Position numbers and translations under genes: made by a program | Assembly: GCF_018350175.1 (NCBI RefSeq) | Contig: NC_058368.1 | Span: 183,274,001 to 183,338,000 of the forward strand | Reading direction: 5' to 3' | Length of the DNA: 64,000 nucleotides | DNA from: Felis catus | Lineage: Eukaryota | Shown here: one piece after another, positions 25,474 to 35,933 of the stretch | Layout: every line of letters begins with the position of its first letter | Position numbering within the stretch: position 1 is the stretch's first letter | Notes under the pieces: model-generated | Seen by the model: only the letters and a program-made list of their open reading frames with translations | Databases searched by the model: none | Told to the model about the DNA's origin: nothing

Positions 25474-26214
25474 TCTCTACTTTATTTTTATGAATATCCA
25501 TATTATGCAAGCCTGAGAGTTTAGCAGAATAGTCTGGTGAATAGAATGTTATGAGAGGGTCATTTTAACAAATGTTCAAATCTAAAAAAAAAAAAAGCTC
25601 CTTTTTTTTATATCTATCTTCAATGTTATAGGCCTTGCTCTTAATTTATTAAATGCTTTAAGATGTAAGTACAAATATTTCTACAACAACCCAGTTCTAT
25701 TGTCTTAATATCACCTTTATTGTAGATAGTGGTGACACTTTTCTATATGAAGGAATCACTTATGATCTGTGTTTTAAACTTCACTTTTCTGCAGCCTCCG
25801 GTCAGATTGTTGCCCAAATACTATTTTGGGCAGCTTTTTCCTCTCTCAAGTAGTTTTCTCATGACTCCAACCACTCTTGCAAAATTTGAAAGATGTCCTA
25901 AACCATGCAAGTGCTTGGATTGCCCCTATGCTTGCAAATCAAATGACTCTTTGAATACAAAAAAATCTTTAAACAATCCTATAGGCACGTATTTCAGAAG
26001 TTCATATATTTCAGAAGTGGCAGGTGGCATGGTATACAAAGTATACATAGGAATCAGTAGACATTAGACTTAAAATTAACTCCATAGAGATTTTTTTGCA
26101 TATCCTCTTAGCCAAAAATTAGAAAATACACATGATTTGAGAAAAACCCTATCAAGCAGGAGGTTATGAGGGTAAAACATAAAATAACATACTGTCTTTA
26201 AAAATCCAGATATA

Positions 26215-26423
26215 GGGGCACTTGGGTGGCTCAGTCGGTTAAACATCCAACTTCGTCTCAGGTCATGACCTCATAGTTTGTGAGTTCAAGCCCAAGTCGG
26301 GCTCTGTGCTGTCGGTTCAGACCCTGGAACCTGCTTCAGATTCTGTGTCTCCTCTCTCCACCCCTCCCCCGCTCATGCTCTGTCTCTGTCTCTCAAAAAA
26401 TGAATAAACATTAATTTTTTTTT
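26215..26423 (+). mobile_element. CanSINE (SINEC_Fc-type)
   Basis: TSD aatccagatata at 26203-26214 and 26424-26435. Confidence 0.95.
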
Positions 26424-27361
26424 AATCCAGATATAATTTTTTCTACACATACTTGATCATAGCATTTAGCCCTTTAATAACTGTAACTTTTAAAATTTTC
26501 TTGATGAAACTATGATCATCTTGATGCCAAGAACTATGACATTTAATTGTATATAAGCTTTTTGGACAAAATAGATGTTTAAGAAACACTTGTTGACAGG
26601 ATGAAGTGTATATTGAGATCTGATACTATTAGAAGTTTTATATATTCAGTTACTGCTATTGACACATCAGTAGCATGAAATATCTTGCAATTCTCAGAGT
26701 GATATTATTTGCTGTTTGCTAAATGGAACATCAGCTTGACTTAGAATTTCTTGCACTGTTTTCTGTAGGATGATGGAACACTTGGAGTTTGTCAGCCAGT
26801 ATGGATAAATTTCTCATTGGGTATAACCCTTTCTGGGTCATTCAGGTGTAGGTTAAAAAGAAAAATGACTGCAATGCTGGTGAGAGGTATATTCGTTTGG
26901 CAGCTCTCATGCTGAATTCGATGTACTGAAGGCGAAGGCTGCAGGCAATAGCCTTGAGTCCAAGCTTCCAGGGAACCCTTTACCCCAATGCTCCTTGCTC
27001 CTGACCTCCCATCCGTCTTAAGAGGTGAAGCAAGAGTTCGTGTCCCTGGCCCCTTCAAACTTGGAATTATAGCCTAACTCCCAGTCAGGCTGTCAATTAC
27101 TGCCAATTTACAGGGCTAAGGGAAAACGCTTTATGGCCTCTTGCAAGCAGAGAAAGAAAAGAAAGAAAGAAAAATGTGGGGTGCATATAAGCGTGGGAGA
27201 TGCTATCAATATGCGTATTTTGCTTTGTCATTAGTTAGTTTCCGAAAGCTTACAAAAGTTAGCTAGCACACTGACAGCTAAAGGAAAAATAGTACAGAGC
27301 ATTTGGTGTTTACATATCAATTGGATAAAAATGTAATATTCCCCAAAATGAAACATATAAA

Positions 27362-27537
27362 CCTGTGGATCTCAAACTCGAATGTACATTAAAATCATCT
27401 GGAAGGCTTGTTAAAGCACCCCCAGAGTTGCTGACTCACAAGGTCTAATATGGTATCAGACAATATGCATTTCAAACAAGTTCCCAAATGAGGATGATAC
27501 TAACTGATCAAGGCATCACAATTTAGGGACCACTGCT
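27362..27537. mobile_element. MER5A-like hAT element
   Basis: gtggatctcaaact...tgcatttcaaacaagttcccaaatg...gaccactg. Confidence 0.75.
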
Positions 27538-28180
27538 TCAACCATTATCGTAAAATTTAGTTTTAAGATCATTTTGTTCATCAGTTAATAGAAACACTGC
27601 ACATGCACTTTAACCTTAAAAAGAAAACAAAAAACAAACAAACAACAACAACAACAAAAAAAACATGTGCAAGAGGTATTCAATCCAGTGTAAAAAAAGT
27701 ACATTACAGGAACTGGATCCACAGGGCAGAATTGCCTTTTCATTGCCCACACATATTTTAGAAGAAAATGAGGATGAAAAAGATGATAGGCATGCCTGAC
27801 ATTAAAGAAAAGCTTATCCGTGCCTAATGCAATAGAAAATGTGTTTAAGAACAATTCACAGGCATGAGAGTCTGACCCTTCAGTGAGTCAAGTTCATGAA
27901 GTCCTTAGCTGTTGGCTGAATACGTGCAAATAAAGTACAATAGGTGATGATACAGGCAGATGTCATGCAAAATGTGACATACCTTCTACTATCCTCAGAG
28001 TTAAAAAACTGAGTGTTTGACCTAGACTTTCCTCAAGTTTCTCTTTTATTCTTTTCTAAAGACCTATCTTCCCACTTGGAGAAGTTAACCCAGTTCTATA
28101 GATACAGGCTATTTGGATAGGTAACCTGATTTTCAAAAATGATATACTTAAATATTGGAACAGTATAGTATAGTTGATGT

Positions 28181-28406
28181 CAGTAGTTCTCAATTGGAGA
28201 AATTTTGAACCCCAAAGGATATTTGGCAATGTCTGGAAATATTTCTGATTGTCACAATTGGGGAGGCACTACTGACATCTAGTGGGTAGAGGCCAGAGAT
28301 TCTGCTAAAATATTTTACATTGCCTATGGCCCCTCCCACCCCTACCCCACACCTGCAAAGGATCATCCAGTCCAACTTGTCAGTTGTGCTAAAGTTGAGA
28401 AACCCC
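28181..28406 (+). mobile_element. MER20 hAT-Charlie element
   Basis: cagtagttctcaa...atttggcaatgtctgga...gacatctagtgggtagaggccag...gttgagaaaccc. Confidence 0.9.
28270..28285 (-). promoter_or_regulatory. CTCF-like motif within MER20
   Basis: Reverse complement is CCACTAGATGTCAGTA, 13/14 match to CCASYAGRKGGCRS. Confidence 0.4.
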
Positions 28407-28854
28407 AATTTACACCCAGGAAATAAATGGACTGAAGAAAATCCATCTGTTCACATGCATTGCCTCAGATGTGAAAGAAATATGATTAGCCTTATGGTAT
28501 AGGATTTAGAGAATCTCTAGATACTTGGTCACACTCTCCTTCACCCTCATGGTTATTAGGCCTGGCATCTTGCAACCTTAGGCACGAAATTAATATATTA
28601 GAATATTAAATTATCATATTAACATAAAGTATAATTTAACTATTTCTTTATTTTTCTTCATTTTAATAGGTATTCACTGTTATCAGACATAAAAGATTCT
28701 AATTGGCTCTTATATTCCATTGGTGGTGATACTAATGGCCACCCTCCCAATAGTGCTTCTATGACTGACAGCCAAAAAGTCACAGATACAATATTTTCAA
28801 ATTTTACTCAAGCAATTCAAATGTCTTCTGCAATAAAGCTGGAATAGTTAAGTA

Positions 28855-28886
28855 TGTATGTGTATATATAGATATATGTGTATATC

Positions 28887-28932
<46 letters not shown>
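28855..28932. repeat. (TA)n microsatellite
   Basis: Directly visible. Confidence 0.95.
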
Positions 28933-28935
<3 letters not shown>

Positions 28936-29859
28936 TTGTCAAATGAAAGTAGTTGAATACACTTTTCAACAGAGGTTTTTTTCATGCTTCAGTGAAAGCG
29001 ATTCTTTTTACCAGTCACAGTAAAAGTAAATCAATATTTATGTAATCCAAGAAATCTGACTAATGCTAGGAATTACTGAATAGGCAATTACATTTCAAAT
29101 GCAAAATTTAACAAAATAGTGGTATAATACAGGAAGCAAATGAAGTAGCAATACAGTAAAACCAAGTGCATTTCAAAGAGCCCACTGATTTGAAGCTTTT
29201 CCATAATCTGTTTTCAAACCTTCTTTTGATATTCATAAATTCAAATTAGATAATAGAATTGATGAAAGAAATAAAAGATGTCTTAAAGGTATCATCTTTC
29301 AACATAATATTCTTGGGTAGTTTATGACTACAATCAGAGTGGCAGCTTTATCTACTTTAACAGTGAGCTTCAGGGAACAAGGTTGAAAAGTATGTTCATG
29401 AGGAAATATGTCAAGTTCATTGAATGCTTAACATATCATAGGTAGAGTAATTTTTTTATAAAGGCAAGCATATTTCTCCCCTAATCCAAATTCTAACAAA
29501 TATTTATTAATCTAAAATATTTCCTTTCCTATTGTGGAATTGGAAAAATAATATGATTCAATAAAATCATTCTTTCAATTTACTTCTTTGGTGACTGTAG
29601 TTGTCAAATTAATTTGACAAATTATTCCTATAACATTCAGCACAGGACCTAGAATCCATAAGTAACAGATAAACTCTGCTGAGTCATACTACTATCTACA
29701 TGATTATACTTATTTACAAATTTGTATATTTCTATATTTGTATGCAGATCAATGTATAGTTCTACACAATGACTTTTCTGAAATCACAAGTCATGTTTTA
29801 TTACCTAGAAAAAAAGGGCAATAAGCTTTATTTATACAACCATTCCACTGATAATTTTA

Positions 29860-29860
<1 letters not shown>

Positions 29861-29920
<60 letters not shown>

Positions 29921-30070
29921 TCCTCCCTCCCTCTCTCCCTCCCTCCCTTTCTCTTCCCTCCCCCCCTCCCATTCTTCCTTCCATCCTTCCATCCTTCCTT
30001 CCTTCCATCCTTCCTTCCTTCCTTCCTTCCTTCCTTCCTTCCTTCCTTCCTTCCTTCCATCCTTCCTTCC
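29861..30070. repeat. (TTTC)n-(TCCC)n-(TTCC)n polypyrimidine array
   Basis: Directly visible. Confidence 0.95.
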
Positions 30071-32476
30071 TGGGGGCTCTTCCAGGCACTTAAATAGCCA
30101 ACTCTATGAATTGCCTGCCACTTTCCTAGTTTTAGCAGTGAAGTTCCATGTATGTTTAAAAGGAGAAATCTATATAGAAAGTTTTATAACCTTTCACTCC
30201 ATCTAGTCATAATGTCAAGAGTTTTGTAATTCTATGAGAATAGCAGAGAAAACATTGTATGTACGTAAGTTTACAAAGCAAAAGCAACCCTAAATACATT
30301 GATCCAAATAATCCTGAAGCTGAGTTCTATGAAATCTTTGGACACAATTTTTCTTAAACTTTTGTTTCTAAATATCAAGAAAGAGATACAGGAATTACAG
30401 TTAACTCAAAGTCATGGATTCTGAGCTTGTGATCTCAGGTTATTTATTCTGTTCAGTATCCCCTGTATTTATTTATGGTTTCTCTGGCCTCTAAACCTGC
30501 AGTTTTCAGTAAGGAAATTGTCACAACTAGATTTTTGTATTCTACCCCGAGAGACTGCATGTCCTACTGATTCTACGTTTACTCTCTTCCTAAATCTTAA
30601 CCACTCTCCTATGAATCACAGGAAAATACGAAGCCACAATAAATGGCAGACTTGATGACCGAACAGTTGAACATTCATTACAAAGTCAGATGAGTTCTTT
30701 GTCATTTAAGGAGACAGAAGAGACTGACATTAAAATACGGTTCATTAAAAGTGAATTTTAGCCTGGTCATTTACAGTGCCAAAACATCTGGAGACCATTC
30801 TAATTTATACTGGAGTGCCTTCAAATATATTTGAACTCTTAACTAAACACAAGGGAATTGATAAGTATAGATACTCTGGGTTTTGTACTGAAGTGACTTA
30901 TCTATTTATTTTTTAGAATGCTGCCATAGAAGCACGCTGCAATACAAACTCAGGTATGCTTTTCAAAAGTGTTATTTCCTCCTCATCCTTCAACTTTTAC
31001 CTTAACATTTTTGCCAGAATATGTGTTGCGAAGCAGTTAGAGAAAAATAAGTGGCTAAGAAAGGTCAATTAACCTCCCCCCCCAAAAAAAAAAACATACA
31101 CACAAGATTGCTCATCCTTATCGAAATAAGACAGAGAATCAGAGCTCAGTAAGGGGACATGCTGCAAAGGTGCTAGAAAATCCGATATACCAGATGGCTG
31201 CAAACAAACTGTCCCTTTTTATTCCTTGTGAGGCCAATCTATCAAACTACTGCAAATAACATTCATGTTTTCCTCTCCAACATTTGAGATGAGGCTATTT
31301 ATTTACATGATGCTTTATAACACCTTTAGCCTTCACATTTTCTTATCCCTCATAATATCTTTTTTGATAATTAAGTGGCAGCTCTTTAAAAGTGAATAGA
31401 ATCTTATAGTGAGCTTTGAGGAGTGTGTGAATCTCTGTTAGATAAATGCCAATTCATAAGAAAAAAAAATCACTTAGGCAAGGACCAAAGGGTCTTTTAT
31501 TTCCAGTTCCTTTTGGCTGGCAATATAACCTTTTTATTCTCCTAATATCTCTTCCTGTCTCTGTCTGTGTCTCTGTCTCTGTTTCTCTCTCTTCTCTCTC
31601 TCTCTCTTTAACCAGGAAAGAAAGCAAACAAACAAATAAAAAAACATCACAACTAGCTCTAACAGTTTTAGTACCCAATTTCAAATATTATCTTCATGAC
31701 CTGCTCTTACCAGTCAAAATAAATCAATCTTTTGTTTTCTCTCATGGGGCTACTCAAACCTCTAATGACTAATTTCTCTCTGCCTTGGAAAAAAGCATAT
31801 GCCATCTTTCCTAATTCCAAACAGTTTACATATATTTCGAAGGTAGGGACTGTGTGACTTCCGTGTATTTTCCAAATACTACATATGGTGTCTTACCTAG
31901 GACAAGGTGGTCAATGAATGCATGAGATTAGGCATAGTACGTAGATGATCATCAGAGTAGGTGAAGGATCATTCTTGCTTCATATTTTACTTATAGTGTT
32001 ATTTACATTACAGTTGAAGAGGAGTTTCAGTGGTGTGTGTGTATTCACCTTCTCAATGTTTCATTTACAAACATATTGGAATTCATCATAAGCTACCTTC
32101 CAGTTTATTGACTCATCGTTCATTCATTCATTTAACAAATACCTATTGCTAAGCATGTATTCATACAAGTACTATATGCCTTACTTGTACTATGTCTCAA
32201 AAATATAACAATGAGCAGAATCCTGATTTTAATCCAGATCTCCTTGAAGAGTGGTCTCTTTAATCTCTACCAGTTATGGTCTCCCCAAACTTTGGGCTGA
32301 TTCCATAGGTCAAACAATACACTGTGTCAAATTAATTTCTTAAAAATTTTGTTAGTGACAACTGAAACTTACATTCAAATTGTTCTTATTTTTATTATCT
32401 TTATGCTTTAAATTCTTCCCTCTATAGCTCCTTTCCAATGCTAAGGATGACACAAAATCTGTTAATAAAATATTCA

Positions 32477-32692
32477 GGGGTGCCTGGGTGGCTTAGTTGG
32501 TTAAGTGTCCAACTTCAGTTCAGGTCACAATCTTGCAGTTCATGGGTTCAAGCTTCACATTGGGCTCTGTGCTGACAACTCAGAGCTCAGAGCCTCTTTG
32601 GATTCTGTGTGTGTCTTTCTTTGCCTCTTCCTCACTTGTTCTCTGTCTCTCTGTCTATCTCTCTCTCTAAAATAAATAAACATTAAAAAATT
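32477..32692 (+). mobile_element. CanSINE (SINEC_Fc-type)
   Basis: TSD taaaatattca at 32466-32476 and 32693-32703. Confidence 0.95.
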
Positions 32693-33545
32693 TAAAATAT
32701 TCATAAATATGGCAGTCAATATTACATTTATGTGTACCTATATTCAGAACTGATATTCATCTGGTACATGCCAATATGAACAGACAGTTCAATTATATCA
32801 GGCTTAAATTCTTAATGTGTAGTACATACGCCATTCCATTTTTCATAGCAGTCTCCCCAGCAGTGTCTCATACAGAACCTCATGACTAGGCTGTCCAAGG
32901 GAAACCAAGACTATTCTGATTTCCCACTGCCAGTGTGGCACTCACAGAGCCAGCTACCAACCTGGGGCAGATAAGGAAAGAGTAAGTCACGTAGTGCTCA
33001 TTTTTACCTTTATTTTATACCACTTTTCTTTTCTTCTGGTAAACACACCTAGTTTTCCTGTAGGGAACTACCTCCTTGATATTGAATGAAGGCTTGGAAG
33101 GATCTCAAAGTACTCTATCAGTCTCCCCAGTGCCCCGCCAAGGGGTGAGCTTATGTTCAAAGAGAGCCAATCTAACTGTCACTCAAAGAAATCTGAATCT
33201 TGAACAAAGAGAGAGAAAACCTAAAAATAATTAAACAATTTGTCTGACAGGCAACACTCTGACAATACTATGTATTAGTTTCTACCAGGTGTGTTCTCAA
33301 GTGTGGCTCCGTTTTTGTATTTCTTAGGGCTGCTTCCCTTACTCTGCACACCCAAAGCATTCCTTTAACCATGTCAATATTATCAGTTGAATTTTATGGT
33401 CTAAAAATACATGTTTAAGTTCTAATCCACAGTATCTAAATGTGAATGTATTTGGAAATAGGGCCTTTCCAGATGTAATCAAGTTAAAAAAGGTCACTGA
33501 GATGGTCCCTAATCCAATATGACTGGTGCCCTTATAAGAAGAGAA

Positions 33546-33649
33546 GAGTCATCTGCGTGGCTCAGTCAGTTAAGTGTCTGACTTCAGCTCAGGTCATGAT
33601 CTCACTGTTCATGAGTTCATGCCCCGCGACAGACTCTTGTGCTGACAGC
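33546..33649 (+). mobile_element. CanSINE 5' half, tail lost
   Basis: gtggctcagtcagttaagtgtctgacttcagctcaggtcatgatctc...gtgctgacagc. Confidence 0.9.
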
Positions 33650-33813
33650 ACAAGCTGGGGAGGGGCAGAGAGAGAGGGAGACACAGGATCTGAAGCAGGC
33701 ATCAGGCTCTGAGCTGTCAGCAGAGTCTGATGCGGGGTTTGAATTCAGGAACCGGAAGATGATGACCTGAGCGAAGGTTGGACACTTAACCGACTGAGTC
33801 ACCCAGGTACCCC
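33650..33813 (-). mobile_element. CanSINE lacking its A-tail
   Basis: ggggaggggcagagagagagggagacac...ttaaccgactgagtcacccaggtaccc. Confidence 0.92.
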
Positions 33814-33992
33814 TACATTTCTGCTTTTTTAAGCCACCCAGTTTGTGGCACCTTGTTATGTCAGCCTTGGAAAACTAATTTAGCCAACTATTCCAAATTC
33901 TTCAAGAAAAAAAGGAGCTAAAAAAAAAAACCCTTAGAGAAACTGATAATACAAGCTGAATCTCAATTTTATTCAAGTATCATTTGGATGAC

Positions 33993-34470
33993 TGTATTGA
34001 CAAGAAGGTTGGGTCTTTCCTCCAGCCCAAACAAAACAATCCCATTCTAGTTTGCCACTCAGTGATTTAAACAAACAAACAACAAAAACAAAAAAACAAA
34101 AAACACGTGATCCAGCTCTGCCCAATGATTCACAAGGAGAATCTGCAGAGAGACTTCTGCAAATGGATTTCCCTCATAAGGAAAGAGACTGCCATGTGAA
34201 AAGAGATGCATTTTGCCCCAGCTGCCTACATAATTCCTGGTACAGATATTATCCCCTGGGGTATGGCTGATTTGTCATAACAATGTAGTAAGACGTCACC
34301 AACACAGTGAGTATTAGAATAGAATGACCATGGGTGCTTGTGTAAGCCACTATACAAACCCTACACTCAGGAAGCTCTAGACTTATTATGTGAGGTTAAT
34401 AAGCCCCATTACACTAACTACTTCCTGTTACGTATTCTGGTATCTCTATTAAAAGCATCTTAACTGTATA
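33993..34470 (+). mobile_element. MaLR LTR, MLT1J-like
   Basis: cacgtgatccagctctgcccaatga...ctagacttattatgtgag...aaagcatcttaactg. Confidence 0.55.
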
Positions 34471-35719
34471 ATTTCATGGCCTCGGAATTCTCTGAGTATT
34501 TCAAGCCAATAGGTCAGTCAAAAAAGGTGGCATTAGTGATCAGATACTCGAAGGTAATCTCTGATTAGTGTAAGAACTATCTGCATTTGTTGTCTGGTAT
34601 TATAATATATGATGTAGATATCTACTTATCACAAACACAAGTAATCAAGAGTTTGTATCCCTTGGATCAATCATGCTGGAATCCCTAACATGTCCTAAAA
34701 ATGTCCCTTTTATTCTTGTTTTTACATTTTTGAGGTCACTGGGTCACAGAGTTTGGGTATTTTTAGCTTCTATTCAGAGGATAATAAGAGAAGAAACTGG
34801 GGCAAGGAAATAAAAGGTGAGCAACGAAAGTAAATGAACAGCTCTAACGTCATGCAAAATTGAGACAGATTAAAAGTTTTCATTTTTATTCCTTAAATCT
34901 GTACTGAATCATGGTAGAGTTGTCCACTAAAAATTTTGTTTTGGTAACAACATCTCCTGTGCAGATTTAAAATACAGAAATTAGACTGGGAAGAAGAATC
35001 AGAAAATGCCCTTGTGAGTCAGAGAGCTTTTATTTTTTCAAGTAAACCAAGCTAAATGTGGGTTAGGAATAAATTTTTCCATCTTTCTGCTCTGCCATAA
35101 TTAGCACGTTTGCATTTTTTCTTATATTTGTCTCTTCCTGCAAATCCAGATACCATGGTCATGTTCACAGCAGGAAGTGGGCGGGCAGCTACGCCTGTAC
35201 TGATTTATCAGGAAAGCCATTCTGCTTCTCCTGTAAGACTTTCCCTTTAGGATCATTTCCTTCAACTGGGCCTCAAAACCACCTTTAGTCACAAGGCACG
35301 ATGTCAAAGCAAGAAAGAAAATTCTTATGGTTGAGTAAAATCCATCATTATCTATCATCTACCATAAAACAAAATAGTATTCTAAGCAGGGTAGAAAGAA
35401 CAAATAGATCCGAGGTGGGCAAATGGTGGTGCCTGCATACTGACCATGTTCATAAAGGTATCTGGATACTTTCTTATCTGAGCATTTTGGATAATATGAA
35501 CTTCTTTTGCCACAATCTCACATTCACTCAGAAAAGAGTTAACGTTAGTTTCGTGGCCTAGGTGAGTTCAGACAGAATAAACAATACTTGATTAATGTGT
35601 TTTAAATGCTAGGCTAGTGCTTATTTGAGTGTTGGCATTATAAAATGTAAAGGCTTTTTAATAGAAAGCCTGAGGCATGAAAAGGGGAAAAGACCTTGAA
35701 CTTATTAAATGTTGAGTTT

Positions 35720-35933
35720 GGGGGCACCTGGGAAGCTCAGTCAGTTAAGTGTCTGACTTCAGCTCAGGTCATGATCTTGCAGTTCATGAGTTCAAGCCCT
35801 GCATCAGGTTTTGTGCTGACTGCTCAAGAGCCTGGAGCCTGCCTTAAATTCTGTGTCTCCCTCTCTCTCTGCTCCCTCCCCTTGTTAGCACTCTGTCTCT
35901 CACTCTCTCAAAAATACATAAAAACATTAAAAA
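35720..35933 (+). mobile_element. CanSINE (SINEC_Fc-type)
   Basis: TSD attaaatgttg(a/g)gtt at 35704-35718 and 35934-35948. Confidence 0.95.

Larger units (their letters stand above)
33378..33881 (+). mobile_element. MaLR LTR (MLT1B/C-like) whose centre is replaced by two SINEs
   Basis: tatttggaaatagggcctttccagatgtaatcaagtt...taatccaatatgactggtgcccttataagaag; 3' end aagccacccagtttgtgg...aaactaat. Confidence 0.85.

Noticed and set aside
29769..30206. Longest ORF in the track (145 aa)
   Set aside because: Open only because it crosses the stop-free (TTTC)/(TTCC) array
35168..35220. ETS (CAGGAAGT), GC-box and TGATTTAT motifs as a promoter
   Set aside because: No CpG island or other promoter context; short motifs are expected by chance
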